A program made the position numbers and the translations under genes. The notes beneath the pieces are model-generated. The model worked only from the letters and a program-made list of their open reading frames with translations. It was not told where the DNA came from and ran no database searches. From Candidatus Poribacteria bacterium (lineage in GTDB: Bacteria; Poribacteria; WGA-4E; WGA-3G), in NCBI GenBank assembly GCA_965205025.1, contig CBDBFU010000009.1:96001-160000 (forward strand): 64,000 nt of DNA, read 5' to 3'. Below, one piece after another: positions 62,846-64,000 of the stretch (position 1 is its first letter; each line of letters begins with the position of its first letter).

Positions 62846-63286
62846 CTACTTGTCTAATGTCTCTTGTATATCAGCGAGAAGATTTCCAACAGCACCTGTA
62901 GGAACATAATTTGGAATTGCTTTGATTTCCACAGCGGTACCATGAACGACGACTTGGGAAGACCCTTGTGATGCTCCAGTCAATTCGAAACCTACGTTTA
63001 TAATTCCGTTAGCCTCCTGTCTTCCAGCCATTTCAAGCATAAGATCAATAGCACGTTGCCTTGATTCATCTCCTAAAGCGGAATAAGAATCCAACTCACC
63101 ACCAGTTACACCTTTACATCCCATGGCACAATCCTGTCCCATATCTTTTGCCCGGACAGAGATTCCCCAAACCATACCTTTATAATCCATAATTTCATAA
63201 CCATCAAAACCATCGCTACCTGTCATGATGATTTTTCCACCAGAAATATCTGGTCGTGTTCCAGTCAGTAAATCTTCTCTTCTCAT
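62846..63286 (-). CDS. YbjQ/UPF0145 family protein
   Basis: GYEI..Y.G.V.G, GGEL..Y, ANGII.V, HGTAV. Confidence 0.85.
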   Translation of the reverse strand: MRREDLLTGTRPDISGGKIIMTGSDGFDGYEIMDYKGMVWGISVRAKDMGQDCAMGCKGVTGGELDSYSALGDESRQRAIDLMLEMAGRQEANGIINVGFELTGASQGSSQVVVHGTAVEIKAIPNYVPTGAVGNLLADIQETLDK

Positions 63287-63556
63287 TAAGTTGCCTCCTG
63301 TTTAAATGGTGCACCACACATTCCACAGCGACTTGCTTTCATATGTTCCACACGGACTCTTTCACCACATTGTGAACAATTGTATGTTTTACGCGATTGT
63401 ACTGATAAAATATAGAATAATATTGCTAAAATTAGTAGGATGGGTAAAGCTATTAATGCCCACATTGATTCACCTCAAGATATGGTATTAAATGGACAGT
63501 AAAATATTGAATCCAATAATAGCACATCCGTTTGATAATATCAAGATGGACTAAGG

Positions 63557-63587
63557 AAAAGGCAAGAACAAAATGTTCTTGCCTTTT
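63557..63587 (-). terminator. Intrinsic terminator after the LamG gene
   Basis: AAAAGGCAAGAACA-AAA-TGTTCTTGCCTTTT. Confidence 0.8.
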
Positions 63588-63610
63588 GTGTGATATGTAT
63601 CTATAGATAG

Positions 63611-64000
63611 TTATCGTTTCATTCTTGCCCAAGTTGTAGCGATTTTACCACTTGCAGAAACATCAGCAGCACCATCCAAACCTTCAGACATGATGTCATT
63701 AATCTCGGCTTCACTTAACACAGCACCTATAATGGCAACTTCATCAAGGATACCTCTGAATTTGCCGGCATAACCGTGGGCGATAAAGAGATTAAGATCA
63801 CTGCCTTTGGAATCACCACATGGATGTGCCCCACATTTAGCCCAAGTATCATTGGAAACGACTTCACCATCTTTATACATCCAATATTGACGTTTACCAA
63901 CATCTCGAACTTCAGCGAAATGTTGCCATTCACCACTTACAATTGTACCATTTGGCGGTCTTCTAACTTCTACATAGGGTTCGCAATTTCCACCACAGTC
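63611..64000 (-). CDS. LamG/concanavalin-like domain protein, 3' part (runs off the window)
   Basis: Frame open to the window edge: GEWQHFA...MYKDG...FRGILDEVAI...LSEAEI; tail VSASGKIATTWARMK. Confidence 0.85.
   Translation of the reverse strand, partial: DCGGNCEPYVEVRRPPNGTIVSGEWQHFAEVRDVGKRQYWMYKDGEVVSNDTWAKCGAHPCGDSKGSDLNLFIAHGYAGKFRGILDEVAIIGAVLSEAEINDIMSEGLDGAADVSASGKIATTWARMKR

Overview
AT-rich bacterial window, most likely Candidatus Poribacteria. This is inferred from the C-terminal V(S/D)xxGK(L/I)xTxW tag on three secreted proteins plus PhyH, LamG and TolB-like genes. Core content: a stand-alone divergent EF-G paralog, degP-like protease, tRNA-Pro(GGG), hom-yceD-rpmF-fabH-fabD-fabG-acpP-fabF-folK, the str-S10-spc-alpha ribosomal cluster on the minus strand (19974-39339, lacking rpmD, adk, map and infA), nagA, dut-thyA-folA and tRNA-Arg(CCG). 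Four ribosomal genes carry five +1 frameshifts, three of them GATC read as GATTC/GAATC, probably systematic sequencing error. The most novel-looking region is 48.8-57.2 kb. It is a tandem array of a four-gene cassette: TolB-like beta-propeller, variable secreted protein, membrane-anchored protein with constant N-terminus and variable C-terminus, and a divergent FliA-like sigma factor. The cassette has back-to-back twin promoter-like motifs and co-varying partner pairs. Also notable are a dispersed ~0.6 kb non-coding repeat with a compensatory hairpin change, several MITE families with intact target duplications, and S12/S5 residues at classic streptomycin/spectinomycin resistance positions. 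All calls come from reading the sequence; no database searches were run.
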